Virus record (IMG/VR): IMGVR_UViG_2588253749_000003
Coordinates: 1-41,222 of that record
From: a virus
Lineage: Duplodnaviria > Heunggongvirae > Uroviricota > Caudoviricetes
Length of the DNA stretch: 41,222 nucleotides
Reading direction: 5' to 3' (one strand)
The notes under the pieces are model-generated. The model ran no database searches. It was not told the origin of the DNA and worked only from the letters and a program-made list of their open reading frames with translations. This document shows, piece by piece, positions 7,985-16,771 of this stretch; within the stretch, counting starts at the first letter, position 1; each line of letters begins with the position of its first letter. A program made the translations under genes and the position numbers.

Positions 7985-9055
7985 ATGGCTAACGCCTGGC
8001 TCAGATTATGGCATGACATGCCAAATGACCCTAAGTGGCGAACAATTGCCAGGGTGTCAGGGCAGCCAATTGCAACAGTGATGGCAGTGTATATCCACCT
8101 CCTGGTGAGCGCGTCACGAAATGTCACGCGAGGTCACATTGATGTCACGACAGAAGATTTGGCAAGTGCGCTCGACGTGACAGAAGAGGTAATTGATTCA
8201 ATTTTGCAGACGATGCAGGGGCGGGTACTTGATGGTGATTTAATCACTGGATGGGAAAAACGCCAGGTGCTGAAAGAGGACAACGGCAATATTTCGCAAA
8301 CCGCAAAATCTCCGGCAGAGCGCAAGAGGGCGCAGCGAGAGAGGGAAAGAAAGCGGGAACAAAATGGCGATTGTCACGGCGAGTCACGAAATGTCACGCA
8401 CATGTCACGACGAGTCACGACAGATAAAGATACAGATAAAGATACAGATCAAGAAGATCAAAACACTATGGTCCATGGCGTAAAAAACGCCACGAACCAG
8501 GCAGGGGATGTTCAGACCGTCACTCCTGGCCAGCCCGCAGGCACGACACCGGAAGCCGATTCAGCGTATGCGCTGAAAGCCGATTCGGGCGCTGTGCAGC
8601 AGGTGATGACCGCAAGGCAGGAGCAATCACACCAACTTCAGCAGCCTGAAGCCGATTCCGCCATTCAGCGGGAAGCCGATCGGGTAGTCCCGGAAAACAC
8701 CGGGCAGCCTGTGGGACGAGTGGATTATCCTGATGTGTTCGAACAGGTCTGGCGGGAATACCCGTTGCGTGCTGGGGCAAACCCGAAGAAATCCGCTTTC
8801 AGTGCCTGGAAGGCCAGATTACGCGAGGGGGTGTCACCAGAGGCCATGCTGGATGGCGTGAGGCGTTACGCAAGATACCTTGCGGCTACCGGGAAAACGG
8901 GAACGGAATTTGTTCAGCGAGCGACGACGTTTTTTGGACCGGACCGGAATTTTGAAAACCCCTGGCTGCTCCCGGTAAGCGGCACGAACAACCAGCGTTG
9001 TGTGAATCATATTTCTGAACCGGATACCGAAATTCCACCGGGCTTCAGGGGGTAA
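7985..9055 (+). CDS. Replisome organizer / replication initiator (O-like) with internal ori iterons
   Basis: N-terminus AWLRLWHDMPNDPKWRTIA fits phage replisome-organizer N-terminal pattern; two internal clusters of GTCACG direct repeats; GAGGTG SD before ATG 7985. Confidence 0.65.
   Translation: MANAWLRLWHDMPNDPKWRTIARVSGQPIATVMAVYIHLLVSASRNVTRGHIDVTTEDLASALDVTEEVIDSILQTMQGRVLDGDLITGWEKRQVLKEDNGNISQTAKSPAERKRAQRERERKREQNGDCHGESRNVTHMSRRVTTDKDTDKDTDQEDQNTMVHGVKNATNQAGDVQTVTPGQPAGTTPEADSAYALKADSGAVQQVMTARQEQSHQLQQPEADSAIQREADRVVPENTGQPVGRVDYPDVFEQVWREYPLRAGANPKKSAFSAWKARLREGVSPEAMLDGVRRYARYLAATGKTGTEFVQRATTFFGPDRNFENPWLLPVSGTNNQRCVNHISEPDTEIPPGFRG
8112..8152. repeat. Iteron cluster 1 (4 copies GTCACG/GTCACA at about 10-11 bp spacing)
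   Basis: gcGTCACGaaatGTCACGcgagGTCACattgatGTCACGacag read directly. Confidence 0.7.
8372..8447. repeat. Iteron cluster 2 (5 copies GTCACG) followed by tandem cagataaagata repeats
   Basis: ttGTCACGgcgaGTCACGaaatGTCACGcacatGTCACGacgaGTCACGacag then gataaagatacagataaagatacagat. Confidence 0.7.
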
Positions 9056-9095
9056 GTGTTGATTTCTGGTCATGAGGTAATTTTCAGGAGGACTT

Positions 9096-9518
9096 GTGGC
9101 AAAAGTTTTTACACAAGAAGAGCGAGAAAAAATTAAAGGGCAGGTTGTTGAACTCGTACGCCAGAGTGGGCGTGAGACGTTACGGCAACTGGAAGTCAAG
9201 ACAGGTGCGACAAGATATCTGATGAGCGTTCTCGCAAGAGAGCTGGTTGCCAGCGGCGATGTATACAACTCTGGTTACGGGTTATTCCCGTCTGAACAGG
9301 CGCGTAAGGACTGGCAAAATGCCCGTAAAAAGCTCTCAAGGGCAAAGCTGAAGAAACCATCTGCGGTTGATCCGGACCTTATCTGGTCATTACCTGACGG
9401 AGAAATACGTCGCTACGACAGGCGTCAGAACATAATCTGTCGCGAGTGCCGGAAGAGTGAGGTTATGCAGCGTGTGCTGGCATTTTATCAGGGTAATTTT
9501 CAGGAGGTGATGGCGTGA
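9096..9518 (+). CDS. Hypothetical protein
   Basis: 140-aa ORF, GTG start with AGGAGG SD upstream; no recognisable motif. Confidence 0.4.
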   Translation: MAKVFTQEEREKIKGQVVELVRQSGRETLRQLEVKTGATRYLMSVLARELVASGDVYNSGYGLFPSEQARKDWQNARKKLSRAKLKKPSAVDPDLIWSLPDGEIRRYDRRQNIICRECRKSEVMQRVLAFYQGNFQEVMA

Positions 9519-9811
9519 GGGTGAGGGTTTATATCGCCGGTCCAATGACGGGGTATGAAAATTTCAACCGTGAGGCGTTTCACAAGGCAGAAGAGGAACT
9601 GAAACGGGAAGGGCATACCGTCTTAAACCCGGCAGTACTTCCGGACGGGCTGACACAGCCGCACTACATGGATATTTGCATGGCAATGATTCGTTGTGTG
9701 GATGCGATTTACATGCTGAAAGGCTGGCAGCGGTCAGCAGGCGCTAAGGCAGAACTGGCGCTGGCGGAGAAACTGGGGCATGCAGTTATTTTCCAGGAGG
9801 AGGTACAGTGA
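9515..9811 (+). CDS. DUF4406-like / nucleoside 2-deoxyribosyltransferase-like small protein
   Basis: 98-aa ORF with RVYIAGPMTG motif typical of the deoxyribosyltransferase-like fold (from memory). Confidence 0.5.
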   Translation: MRVRVYIAGPMTGYENFNREAFHKAEEELKREGHTVLNPAVLPDGLTQPHYMDICMAMIRCVDAIYMLKGWQRSAGAKAELALAEKLGHAVIFQEEVQ

Positions 9812-10083
9812 ATATCGACGCAACAATGACGATTGGTACGGCCCTCAATACGGGGCTGGCGCTTCTTGGTTGGTGCTACATCATGTTCTGCTCATGGCGG
9901 TGGCTGTCACTGATGTTACTGAAAGAATGGAATAAACGCTGTAAACAGACGCAGCGGCAGAAGGCAATGAATGCGTTTTTTGAGACCTTCGATATTGACA
10001 GTATAGAACCAGGAGAGCCAGCTCGCGTGATTAGCAGAGGTGACGTTGTAATTCTTGTATACCGGAGTGAAGAGAAAGCATAA
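9808..10083 (+). CDS. Small membrane protein (hypothetical)
   Basis: 91-aa ORF with hydrophobic segment LALLGWCYIMFCSWRWLSLMLL; overlapping start/stop with upstream gene. Confidence 0.4.
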   Translation: MNIDATMTIGTALNTGLALLGWCYIMFCSWRWLSLMLLKEWNKRCKQTQRQKAMNAFFETFDIDSIEPGEPARVISRGDVVILVYRSEEKA

Positions 10084-10188
10084 TCCAAATCTGAATAATT
10101 AAATCCAGCACTGTAAATAAAATTTAATCCTTAACCGGAGGGATTTCTGCACCCTCAGAACATCAGGAGGCCGCCTGAAAGGGCGGTA

Positions 10189-10797
10189 ATGAAAATGACT
10201 GAATTAACAAAAGAACAATTAATCGAAGAAGCCAAATTAAAAATAGCGATTACGAAATGCCACCCCAATTCAGGGATGGCGCGAGTAGAGGGCGAGTTAT
10301 TCAAAATTGTATTGGCATCGCTGGAAGCAGAGCCAGTGGCATATCAGTATCGCCAGTGGGATGCAGAATATGATGAATGGGGAGAATGGGAAGATTGCGG
10401 GGAATATGCTTTCGAAAGATTTGTTGAGGAAGAGAAATGCCAGGAGGCAGGTGTTCAGACCCGTAAGCTATACGCCACGCCGCCAATGCTGGTGGTGCCG
10501 GATGAACGGGCTGCCTATGAGTTATTTATGGAGAAGCATTTCGGGGATTCTGTAGATCGCCGCAGGGTAAAAAATGGCGGTAGTGAATACATGGCATGGG
10601 ATATGGCGATTGGCTGGATTATCTGGTGTCACCGCGCCGCTATGTTTCAGGCCGGAAACTTTCGGAAAAATAAGAATTCGTCAACCAGCTCCCCGGCAAC
10701 TCCGGATGATTGGATAAGCTGTAGTGAGCGAATGCCGGATAGCAAAACAGCTGTTCTTGTTGCCAGGGAGTTTGACGGGAAAGGTGACTGCGAATGA
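10189..10797 (+). CDS. Hypothetical protein with DUF551-like C-terminus
   Basis: 202-aa ORF; C-terminal DDWISCSERMPDS resembles DUF551 signature (from memory). Confidence 0.45.
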   Translation: MKMTELTKEQLIEEAKLKIAITKCHPNSGMARVEGELFKIVLASLEAEPVAYQYRQWDAEYDEWGEWEDCGEYAFERFVEEEKCQEAGVQTRKLYATPPMLVVPDERAAYELFMEKHFGDSVDRRRVKNGGSEYMAWDMAIGWIIWCHRAAMFQAGNFRKNKNSSTSSPATPDDWISCSERMPDSKTAVLVAREFDGKGDCE

Positions 10798-10912
10798 AGT
10801 GGGCGACTTACATACCGGGACATCCTGATGCTAATGATGGTTGGATAATTCCTGGTGCGTCGTGGATTCCATCACACTGGATGCCGCTACCAGAACCGCC
10901 GCAGGAGGCGAA

Positions 10913-11176
10913 ATGATGGATGTAAAAGAGAAGGTTTTGCAGGTGATGCGTTCCCGTGCTGCCCTACAAGAGAAAGCTCTCGGTGGTGAATATCCATTCA
11001 CGATAGCAACCTGGAATCTGCGGTTGGCAATGGAGAAGGAATTTCCTGATGAAGAATGGCGTTCGGCAGATTTGCGCAAAATTCTTATAGAGATGGCTAA
11101 AGACGGAAAAGTATCCAAAGATACCCATGCCAGCCGGATTGGTCAGGCGGTATGGAGACTGGAGGCGAGGCAATGA
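10913..11176 (+). CDS. Hypothetical protein
   Basis: ATG 10913 with GGAGG SD; 87 aa. Confidence 0.4.
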   Translation: MMDVKEKVLQVMRSRAALQEKALGGEYPFTIATWNLRLAMEKEFPDEEWRSADLRKILIEMAKDGKVSKDTHASRIGQAVWRLEARQ

Positions 11177-11263
11177 GCTGGCCTGAAGCATTCACAACGG
11201 TAGGAACTGCAATGGCGGTTGCGCTGGTGGTGTATTCGATTTGCCGCTGGGGATAAATCGCCG

Positions 11264-11304
11264 AAAAAAGATCCCGACACAAACATGAGCCGGGATCTTT
11301 GATT
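11264..11304. terminator. Bidirectional rho-independent terminator
   Basis: Inverted repeat AAAAAAGATCCCG...CGGGATCTTT flanked by A-run and T-run, between convergent rightward genes and minus-strand TA pair. Confidence 0.5.
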
Positions 11305-11380
11305 TATATAGCCTACGAATCCGCCAGTAAGAGAGGGGGCGGACGGTTTATTCTAACACCGGAATGATGTGGGTAAAAGT

Positions 11381-11680
11381 TTATAAGAAATCGGTTTCAT
11401 AACTTTGCCCACCATGATAGATACCGACAATAAAGACTTTTCTGCCATCAACGGCAAAAGCAATAATCGTTCTGTGGCGGAAATGAGTTACCCGCATCCC
11501 CTGGCGAATATCATCGCGTTTATTGCCCCGATGCGGGAATGTAGAAAACCCATCAAGATAATCAAGAAGCGCATTGGCATAATTGTCAGCAATGACGCTT
11601 CCTGCTTTCTCCGTTATGTATCTGTGCAGGTTGATTATCTGCTGTTCGGCCTCAGGAGTAATGATGACTTCATATGTCAT
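11381..11680 (-). CDS. parE: ParE/RelE-family type II toxin
   Basis: 99 aa from ATG 11680; MTYEVIITPEAEQQIINLHRYI...IVGIYHGGQSYE fits ParE pattern; 5-nt gap after upstream antitoxin. Confidence 0.7.
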   Translation of the reverse strand: MTYEVIITPEAEQQIINLHRYITEKAGSVIADNYANALLDYLDGFSTFPHRGNKRDDIRQGMRVTHFRHRTIIAFAVDGRKVFIVGIYHGGQSYETDFL

Positions 11681-11685
11681 GCAGA

Positions 11686-11943
11686 TTACTTCCCGGATCG
11701 AATCGCAGCGCGAACCTGTGAAATGGAGCGTCCGTTGTTCGGGTTTTTGCGGATTGAATCCAGGGAGGGGGCGGCTGAATGCGTTAACCACGCTTCGATT
11801 GCTTTATCGCGCTCATTCAGTGCGCGAAGCCCTTCACGAATGACCTCGCTTTCTGAAGCATAGGCACCGGAAGCCACACGGGCGCGCACCATGTCAGCCA
11901 TCTCGTTAGTTAATGTAATGCTGAATTGTTGGGTTGTACGCAT
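11686..11943 (-). CDS. parD: ParD-family (ribbon-helix-helix) type II antitoxin
   Basis: 85 aa from ATG 11943 with GAGG SD; FSITLTNEMADMVRARVASGAYASESEVIREGLRAL matches ParD/CopG-type pattern. Confidence 0.7.
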   Translation of the reverse strand: MRTTQQFSITLTNEMADMVRARVASGAYASESEVIREGLRALNERDKAIEAWLTHSAAPSLDSIRKNPNNGRSISQVRAAIRSGK

Positions 11944-12024
11944 GGTAAACCTCAAGGAGTAGGATAGAACACTATTCGATGATAGCACGTTGCCTGTTGA
12001 CGACAACAGAAATCAGAGACAATA

Positions 12025-12351
12025 TTGCCGCACGCCAGCCTGAACAACTGGCACCTGCTGCGCCAGCAGAGACAACCAATGGCGCACAAAACCAAATTAC
12101 ACAATTCTGATACCGACCTTGCCATCCGGCACGGGCGGCGTTCTCACACATTCAAATATGACTGGTATCAGCACAATCCCTGCACCGAAGAACAGGCCGA
12201 GTGGCTGATTCAGAACTACCGCAGACGTGGTTACGAGTTTCAGAAAGACCTCAGTTCTGACTTCCGACACTGGATAATTTCCGTCAGACTCCCTTATTCC
12301 GAACGCCCACCGCGTCCGTCCCGCACATTCCAGCAACGGATCTGGAGGTAA
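12025..12351 (+). CDS. Hypothetical protein
   Basis: ORF from track; start uncertain; no motif. Confidence 0.3.
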   Translation: MPHASLNNWHLLRQQRQPMAHKTKLHNSDTDLAIRHGRRSHTFKYDWYQHNPCTEEQAEWLIQNYRRRGYEFQKDLSSDFRHWIISVRLPYSERPPRPSRTFQQRIWR

Positions 12352-12352
12352 C

Positions 12353-13408
12353 GTGCGGGTATTACTTCGATCTGTTCCGGTACCGGAACTTGGGCTGGTG
12401 GTCCTTAAGCCTGGTCGTGAATCCATGCAGGTATTCCGCAGCGGTCGTGTACTGGTGGAGCCGGAACCGAAAAGCATGCGCGGTCTGCCGTCCGGAGTCG
12501 TTCCTGCCGTTCGCCAGCCATTGGCGGAGGATAAATCACTACTGCCATTTTTCAGCGATGAGCGGGTGATTCGTGCTGCTGGCGGCGCTGGCGCACTGTC
12601 TGACTGGCTGTTACGCCATGTTAAATCCTGCCAGTGGCCTCATGGTGACTACCATCACAGCGAAACCGTCATACATCGTTACGGTACCGGTGCAATGGTG
12701 TTGTGCTGGCACTGCGACAACCAGCTGCGTGACCAGACTTCCGAATCACTCGGGCAGCTTGCTCACCAAAACCTGTCAGCATGGATGATTGATGTCATCC
12801 GCCACGCAATGAATGGCACGCAGGAGCGGGAATTATCGCTGGCTGAATTATCCTGGTGGGCAACCATAAATAACGTAGCGGACGCACTACCGGAGACGGT
12901 ATTACGTCGTTCGCTGGGATTACGCGCGGAAAAAATCCGCTCAGTATACCGCGAAAGCGACATCGTGCCGGGAGAGCAGACCTCCACCAGCATGCTGAAG
13001 CAGCGCACAAAAAATATTGCGCTACTGCCTCACGCCCACCAGCAAAACCCGCCACAGGAAAAGACGGTGGTCAGCATTGCCGTTGATCCGGAGTCACCGG
13101 CTCAGTATCTCCAGCGCCAGAAACCACGACGGGAAGAGATGCCTGTATACACGCGCTGGGTAAAAACGCAGAAATGCATGACGTGTGGCAATCAGGCAGA
13201 TGATCCGCATCACATCATTGGTCATGGACTGGGAGGGATGGGAACAAAGGCTGATGATTTGTTTGTTATTCCGCTGTGCCGTAAATGCCATAGCGAACTA
13301 CACGCCGGGGTAAAAGATTTTGAAGAAAAACACGGCAGCCAGCTGTTGTTGCTGATTCGTTTTTTAATGCACGCGAGAAATTCGGGTGTCCTGAAGTGGA
13401 AAGCATGA
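12353..13408 (+). CDS. DUF968-like (YdfU-like) protein with Cys/His cluster
   Basis: 351-aa ORF; C-terminal CMTCGNQADDPHHIIGHGLGGMGTKADDLFVIPLCRKCHSELHAG resembles DUF968 of lambdoid nin regions (from memory). Confidence 0.55.
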   Translation: MRVLLRSVPVPELGLVVLKPGRESMQVFRSGRVLVEPEPKSMRGLPSGVVPAVRQPLAEDKSLLPFFSDERVIRAAGGAGALSDWLLRHVKSCQWPHGDYHHSETVIHRYGTGAMVLCWHCDNQLRDQTSESLGQLAHQNLSAWMIDVIRHAMNGTQERELSLAELSWWATINNVADALPETVLRRSLGLRAEKIRSVYRESDIVPGEQTSTSMLKQRTKNIALLPHAHQQNPPQEKTVVSIAVDPESPAQYLQRQKPRREEMPVYTRWVKTQKCMTCGNQADDPHHIIGHGLGGMGTKADDLFVIPLCRKCHSELHAGVKDFEEKHGSQLLLLIRFLMHARNSGVLKWKA

Positions 13409-13774
13409 ATGACTGAACGCATAGAATTTGTTTTGCCTTACCCGCCAACGGTGAACACTTACTGGCGACGTCGTGGCAGCACATATTTTGTATCAAAAGC
13501 CGGTGAGCGTTATCGCCGTGATGTGGCGCTTATTGTTCGCCAGCAGCGGCTGAAATTAAACCTGTCCGGAAGGCTGGTGATAAAGATTATTGCAGAGCCA
13601 CCGGATAAACGTCGTCGTGACCTGGACAATATCCTGAAAGCACCACTGGATGCGCTGACGCATGCCGGACTTCTCATAGACGACGAGCAGTTTGATGAAA
13701 TCAATATTGTGCGCGGTCAGCGCGTTCCTGGGGGGCGGCTGGGCGTGAAGATTTACAAAATTGAGAGTGAGTGA
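13409..13774 (+). CDS. rusA: RusA-type Holliday junction resolvase
   Basis: 121-aa ORF; N-terminus FVLPYPPTVNTYWRRRG and conserved acidic residues; position before Q-like gene. Confidence 0.8.
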   Translation: MTERIEFVLPYPPTVNTYWRRRGSTYFVSKAGERYRRDVALIVRQQRLKLNLSGRLVIKIIAEPPDKRRRDLDNILKAPLDALTHAGLLIDDEQFDEINIVRGQRVPGGRLGVKIYKIESE

Positions 13775-14328
13775 TCGTAAATATGATATACCCGGAAATT
13801 ACAGGCAAAAGCGGCGAGCATTTACGTCTAAAAACGCTGGAAGCCGTCTGGATCCAGGGGAAATTACGGATGTGGGGGCGTTGGTCGTACATAGGTGGTG
13901 GCAAACCAGGAAATATGTTCAATCAGTTGCTGGCATCCAAAACACTTACAAAAACTGCGATCAATGAAGCTCTGCGCAGAATAAAAAAATCAGGGATTGA
14001 TAAAACTGAGCTGGAAGCGTTTTTGCGTGAGATGATCAACAGCAAGCAAAAGAGCGGGCTGGCTTATTGTACTGATGCCGAGGCGTTATGTATCGATCGG
14101 GTAATTAGTGAAGTGTTGGCAGAGCATCCGGGATTGATTTGTATCCTCCGACAAAGATATGAAGGGCTGGGTATGAGCAAGCTGAAAATGGCAGAACAGT
14201 TAAAAAAGAATCACCCTGACTGGAGCCTGAAAACTTGTAGAAATCGCATTGATGTTTGGTTGGCGATGGCTGAAACCATGCTTTTCCTTCCAATGTGCGT
14301 GGCACTTCGGTGCTTTTCTGATAACTGA
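13771..14328 (+). CDS. Late-gene antiterminator Q-like protein
   Basis: 185-aa ORF directly after rusA and upstream of late genes; call mainly positional, start codon uncertain. Confidence 0.5.
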   Translation: MIVNMIYPEITGKSGEHLRLKTLEAVWIQGKLRMWGRWSYIGGGKPGNMFNQLLASKTLTKTAINEALRRIKKSGIDKTELEAFLREMINSKQKSGLAYCTDAEALCIDRVISEVLAEHPGLICILRQRYEGLGMSKLKMAEQLKKNHPDWSLKTCRNRIDVWLAMAETMLFLPMCVALRCFSDN

Positions 14329-14357
14329 TGATAGAAGTGCATCAGCTATCAATCTTG

Positions 14358-14386
14358 TTGACGTTCATCAAGGTCTGGACAATACT
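14358..14386 (+). promoter_or_regulatory. Candidate sigma70 promoter for the ATPase/RloB-like module
   Basis: TTGACG (14358-14363), 17-nt spacer, AATACT (14381-14386), about 30 nt upstream of ATG 14418. Confidence 0.35.
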
Positions 14387-14417
14387 TACGTTAAGTTCCA
14401 ACATATGGAAGATAAGA

Positions 14418-15608
14418 ATGATATTTACACGATTGAGATTTATCAATTTGTACGCTTTTGAGGATGCAGAGCTTAACCTGTCCTATCCAAGGAAACCTGT
14501 AAACATGCCTCTTGATGGGGAGTTTTTGGCTGGACGGCCTAAATTTTACTATAAAAAAGTCTGTATCATAACGGGGGGAAATGCTTCAGGTAAGACGTCA
14601 CTAGGGCGAATTCTTTGTGGAATTCAGGTGTTTCTAAGAACCAAAGAGTTGCGGAGTAATCTGCGAGTGAATAATAAAAATAATGATGCTTCGTTTGAAG
14701 TGGACTTTGCTACGGAGGATCATTTTCATCATCGTTTGTATGTACGCTTTGCTACCAGTGAAGGCGGAGCGCACATAATCAAAGAAATTAAATATGGTTT
14801 TGTTCAAATAGCATTAAATGATTCTTGCCATAAAACCACAGAAAAACTGAATCAACTCTTTTCTGGAAGGGCCCCAGAAGATACAGAATATTTTTTTCAG
14901 GAACTAGCTACTGATAGCGAACCAGTTGTATTGGAGTTTTTCAAGCAACTTAAGTTTTTTGGTGGATGGTACTATTTGTTGTCTGAAACTAAAGAGAGTA
15001 CCACTGCAATTTCAGGAATGAATAAAAATATTCTTGAAAGGATAATTCGCACTTTCGATTCAAGTATTATAGGAGTTACCGAGATGCTGGAGTCTGAAAG
15101 TGACGGGGATGAAAATAAATCATCTGCGGTTTATCTGATTAAATTTAAAAACTCTGATTCTCTTGTCGTTACCAGTAAAGGTGAAATAATTAACTCAGAC
15201 CGTCTTTCTCGAGGAACATACGAGGCAGTGACGGTAGCGCATTTTATAAGCGCTATTATCTCTGATTGTGAAAGACTAGGTAAGCAATCTCTAATACCAT
15301 CAATGACTTATTTTCTTGACGAGAAATTGGCTTATACACATTCAGAGTTAGAGCGTATGATTGTGGCGCTGATTATATCTAATTTGAAAGAAAATACTCA
15401 GTTTTTCTATACAACGCATAACATGGATATTTTTGAGTTGGATCTGCCTGTTCATTCGTTCATTTTTATTAAAAAAACGAAAGACTATTCGGAGTTTGTT
15501 GAAGCAAATTCAGTTGTTAAAAAAAATGACCGTAGCATGCGAAACGCTGTTGAGAGAGATGTCTTTGGTGTCTTACCTGACACATCATTAGTATCGGAGC
15601 TACTCTGA
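14418..15608 (+). CDS. ABC-type (AAA_21/OLD-like) ATPase, candidate defense component A
   Basis: Start MIFTRLRFINLYAFED (typical RecF/SMC-like N-terminus); Walker A GGNASGKTS (14574-14597); signature-like LSRGT; Walker B YFLDE; H-loop FYTTHN; visibly AT-rich. Confidence 0.75.
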   Translation: MIFTRLRFINLYAFEDAELNLSYPRKPVNMPLDGEFLAGRPKFYYKKVCIITGGNASGKTSLGRILCGIQVFLRTKELRSNLRVNNKNNDASFEVDFATEDHFHHRLYVRFATSEGGAHIIKEIKYGFVQIALNDSCHKTTEKLNQLFSGRAPEDTEYFFQELATDSEPVVLEFFKQLKFFGGWYYLLSETKESTTAISGMNKNILERIIRTFDSSIIGVTEMLESESDGDENKSSAVYLIKFKNSDSLVVTSKGEIINSDRLSRGTYEAVTVAHFISAIISDCERLGKQSLIPSMTYFLDEKLAYTHSELERMIVALIISNLKENTQFFYTTHNMDIFELDLPVHSFIFIKKTKDYSEFVEANSVVKKNDRSMRNAVERDVFGVLPDTSLVSELL

Positions 15609-16141
15609 TGGCGGGGTTGTCTAAAATAAGAATAATTTTTGTCGAAGGTGAAACAGAAAACTCTCTTTTTCTGAAGATGAAACAACAGAGAGTTATTGAT
15701 GCCAAATCAATTGTAAAAAGAAACTTTTGGCAAGAGAGCATAAGAAATTATGCGATTACTATTCCGAAGGGAAGTGATATACTAATTGTCTTTGATAGTG
15801 ATGAAGTGGAGCAATCTGCAAGATTCATTGAAAATGTAAAGTTCCTTAAAAACAGAGGGCATAAAGTTTATCTTTTGCAGCAGAAAAGAAATTTTGAGGA
15901 GGAGTTGGCCTGGTGTTGCGGAATTCCTGTAAAAAAACTAATTGCTGGGTTCTGTGCAAAAAAAACATCGGGTATAAATGATTTCAAGAGAGATTTTATT
16001 GCTTGTAACAATCAACTTTCAAAGTTACTGAAAATGGGCATGCAGGAAACTAAGTGGTTTACAAGAGATTTACATGCTGTATTGGAGCCTGTTGCAAGTT
16101 TTAAGTCATCTTTTTCTAAACATTTCAGGTTAACAAGATGA
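15608..16141 (+). CDS. RloB-like / TOPRIM-like small protein (DUF4276-like), candidate defense component B
   Basis: ATG overlaps upstream stop (TGATGG); N-terminal IIFVEGETE motif and downstream ILIVFDSDE (DxD) consistent with TOPRIM-like fold. Confidence 0.6.
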   Translation: MAGLSKIRIIFVEGETENSLFLKMKQQRVIDAKSIVKRNFWQESIRNYAITIPKGSDILIVFDSDEVEQSARFIENVKFLKNRGHKVYLLQQKRNFEEELAWCCGIPVKKLIAGFCAKKTSGINDFKRDFIACNNQLSKLLKMGMQETKWFTRDLHAVLEPVASFKSSFSKHFRLTR

Positions 16142-16276
16142 TTTATTTTCTTTTTTGTTCAGCTGATTGTTTTTGTTTGTAAAATGTCTTGATTTTTTGC
16201 CAATAAACTGTTTCAATCCAGCTACGCTTCGCAAAGCTGTACCGCGAGGCGAATAGCAGACATGGACACCTGAAAG

Positions 16277-16300
16277 AACCCGCTTTATGCGGGTTTTTTT
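16277..16300 (+). terminator. Rho-independent terminator
   Basis: GAACCCGCtttatGCGGGTTTTTTT hairpin plus T-run. Confidence 0.6.
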
Positions 16301-16423
16301 ATGCCTGAAAAACGGCACAGAACATTAAACGCGCTGGTAGTTGTGAATACTGGTCTTTCAGCTTGCTGGCTTTTTCGACAAGAGGTATTGGTATATCACG
16401 TTAACCAGAAAAGGGAAAAAGGC

Positions 16424-16621
16424 ATGCTAAAACAGCAGGATATGACCGAAACCGCCAGAGTGGTGTTTAATGAATTAAGCGTCACCGAACCGGCGACCGT
16501 CGGGGAAATTGCGCAGAATACTTACCTTTCACGCGAACGCTGCCAGTTAATACTGACTCAGCTTGTTATGGCGGGTCTGGCAGATTATCAGTTCGGTTGT
16601 TACAGACGCCTTCCTCAGTGA
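16424..16621 (+). CDS. Small helix-turn-helix/winged-helix-like protein (hypothetical)
   Basis: 65 aa from internal ATG; upstream of methyltransferase; weak SD. Confidence 0.35.
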   Translation: MLKQQDMTETARVVFNELSVTEPATVGEIAQNTYLSRERCQLILTQLVMAGLADYQFGCYRRLPQ

Positions 16622-16771
16622 AGGTTTTTTAATTTGTGGTAATGGGCGGCTGGTGGGTGTTAGCGGCACCTGCCAGCCATCTGCTCATGCGTTGGGGTCA
16701 CAAGCAAACCTCAGGCCCATCTGCTTTGCGCAAAAGCGGTATGAGCCTATCAGAGAAGTGCTTATTGATCT

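Noticed and set aside
8112-8447. Possible CRISPR array suggested by short direct repeats
   Set aside because: Repeats are only 6 bp cores spaced about 10 bp apart inside a coding gene, with no 28-37 bp repeat-spacer periodicity; interpreted as replication iterons
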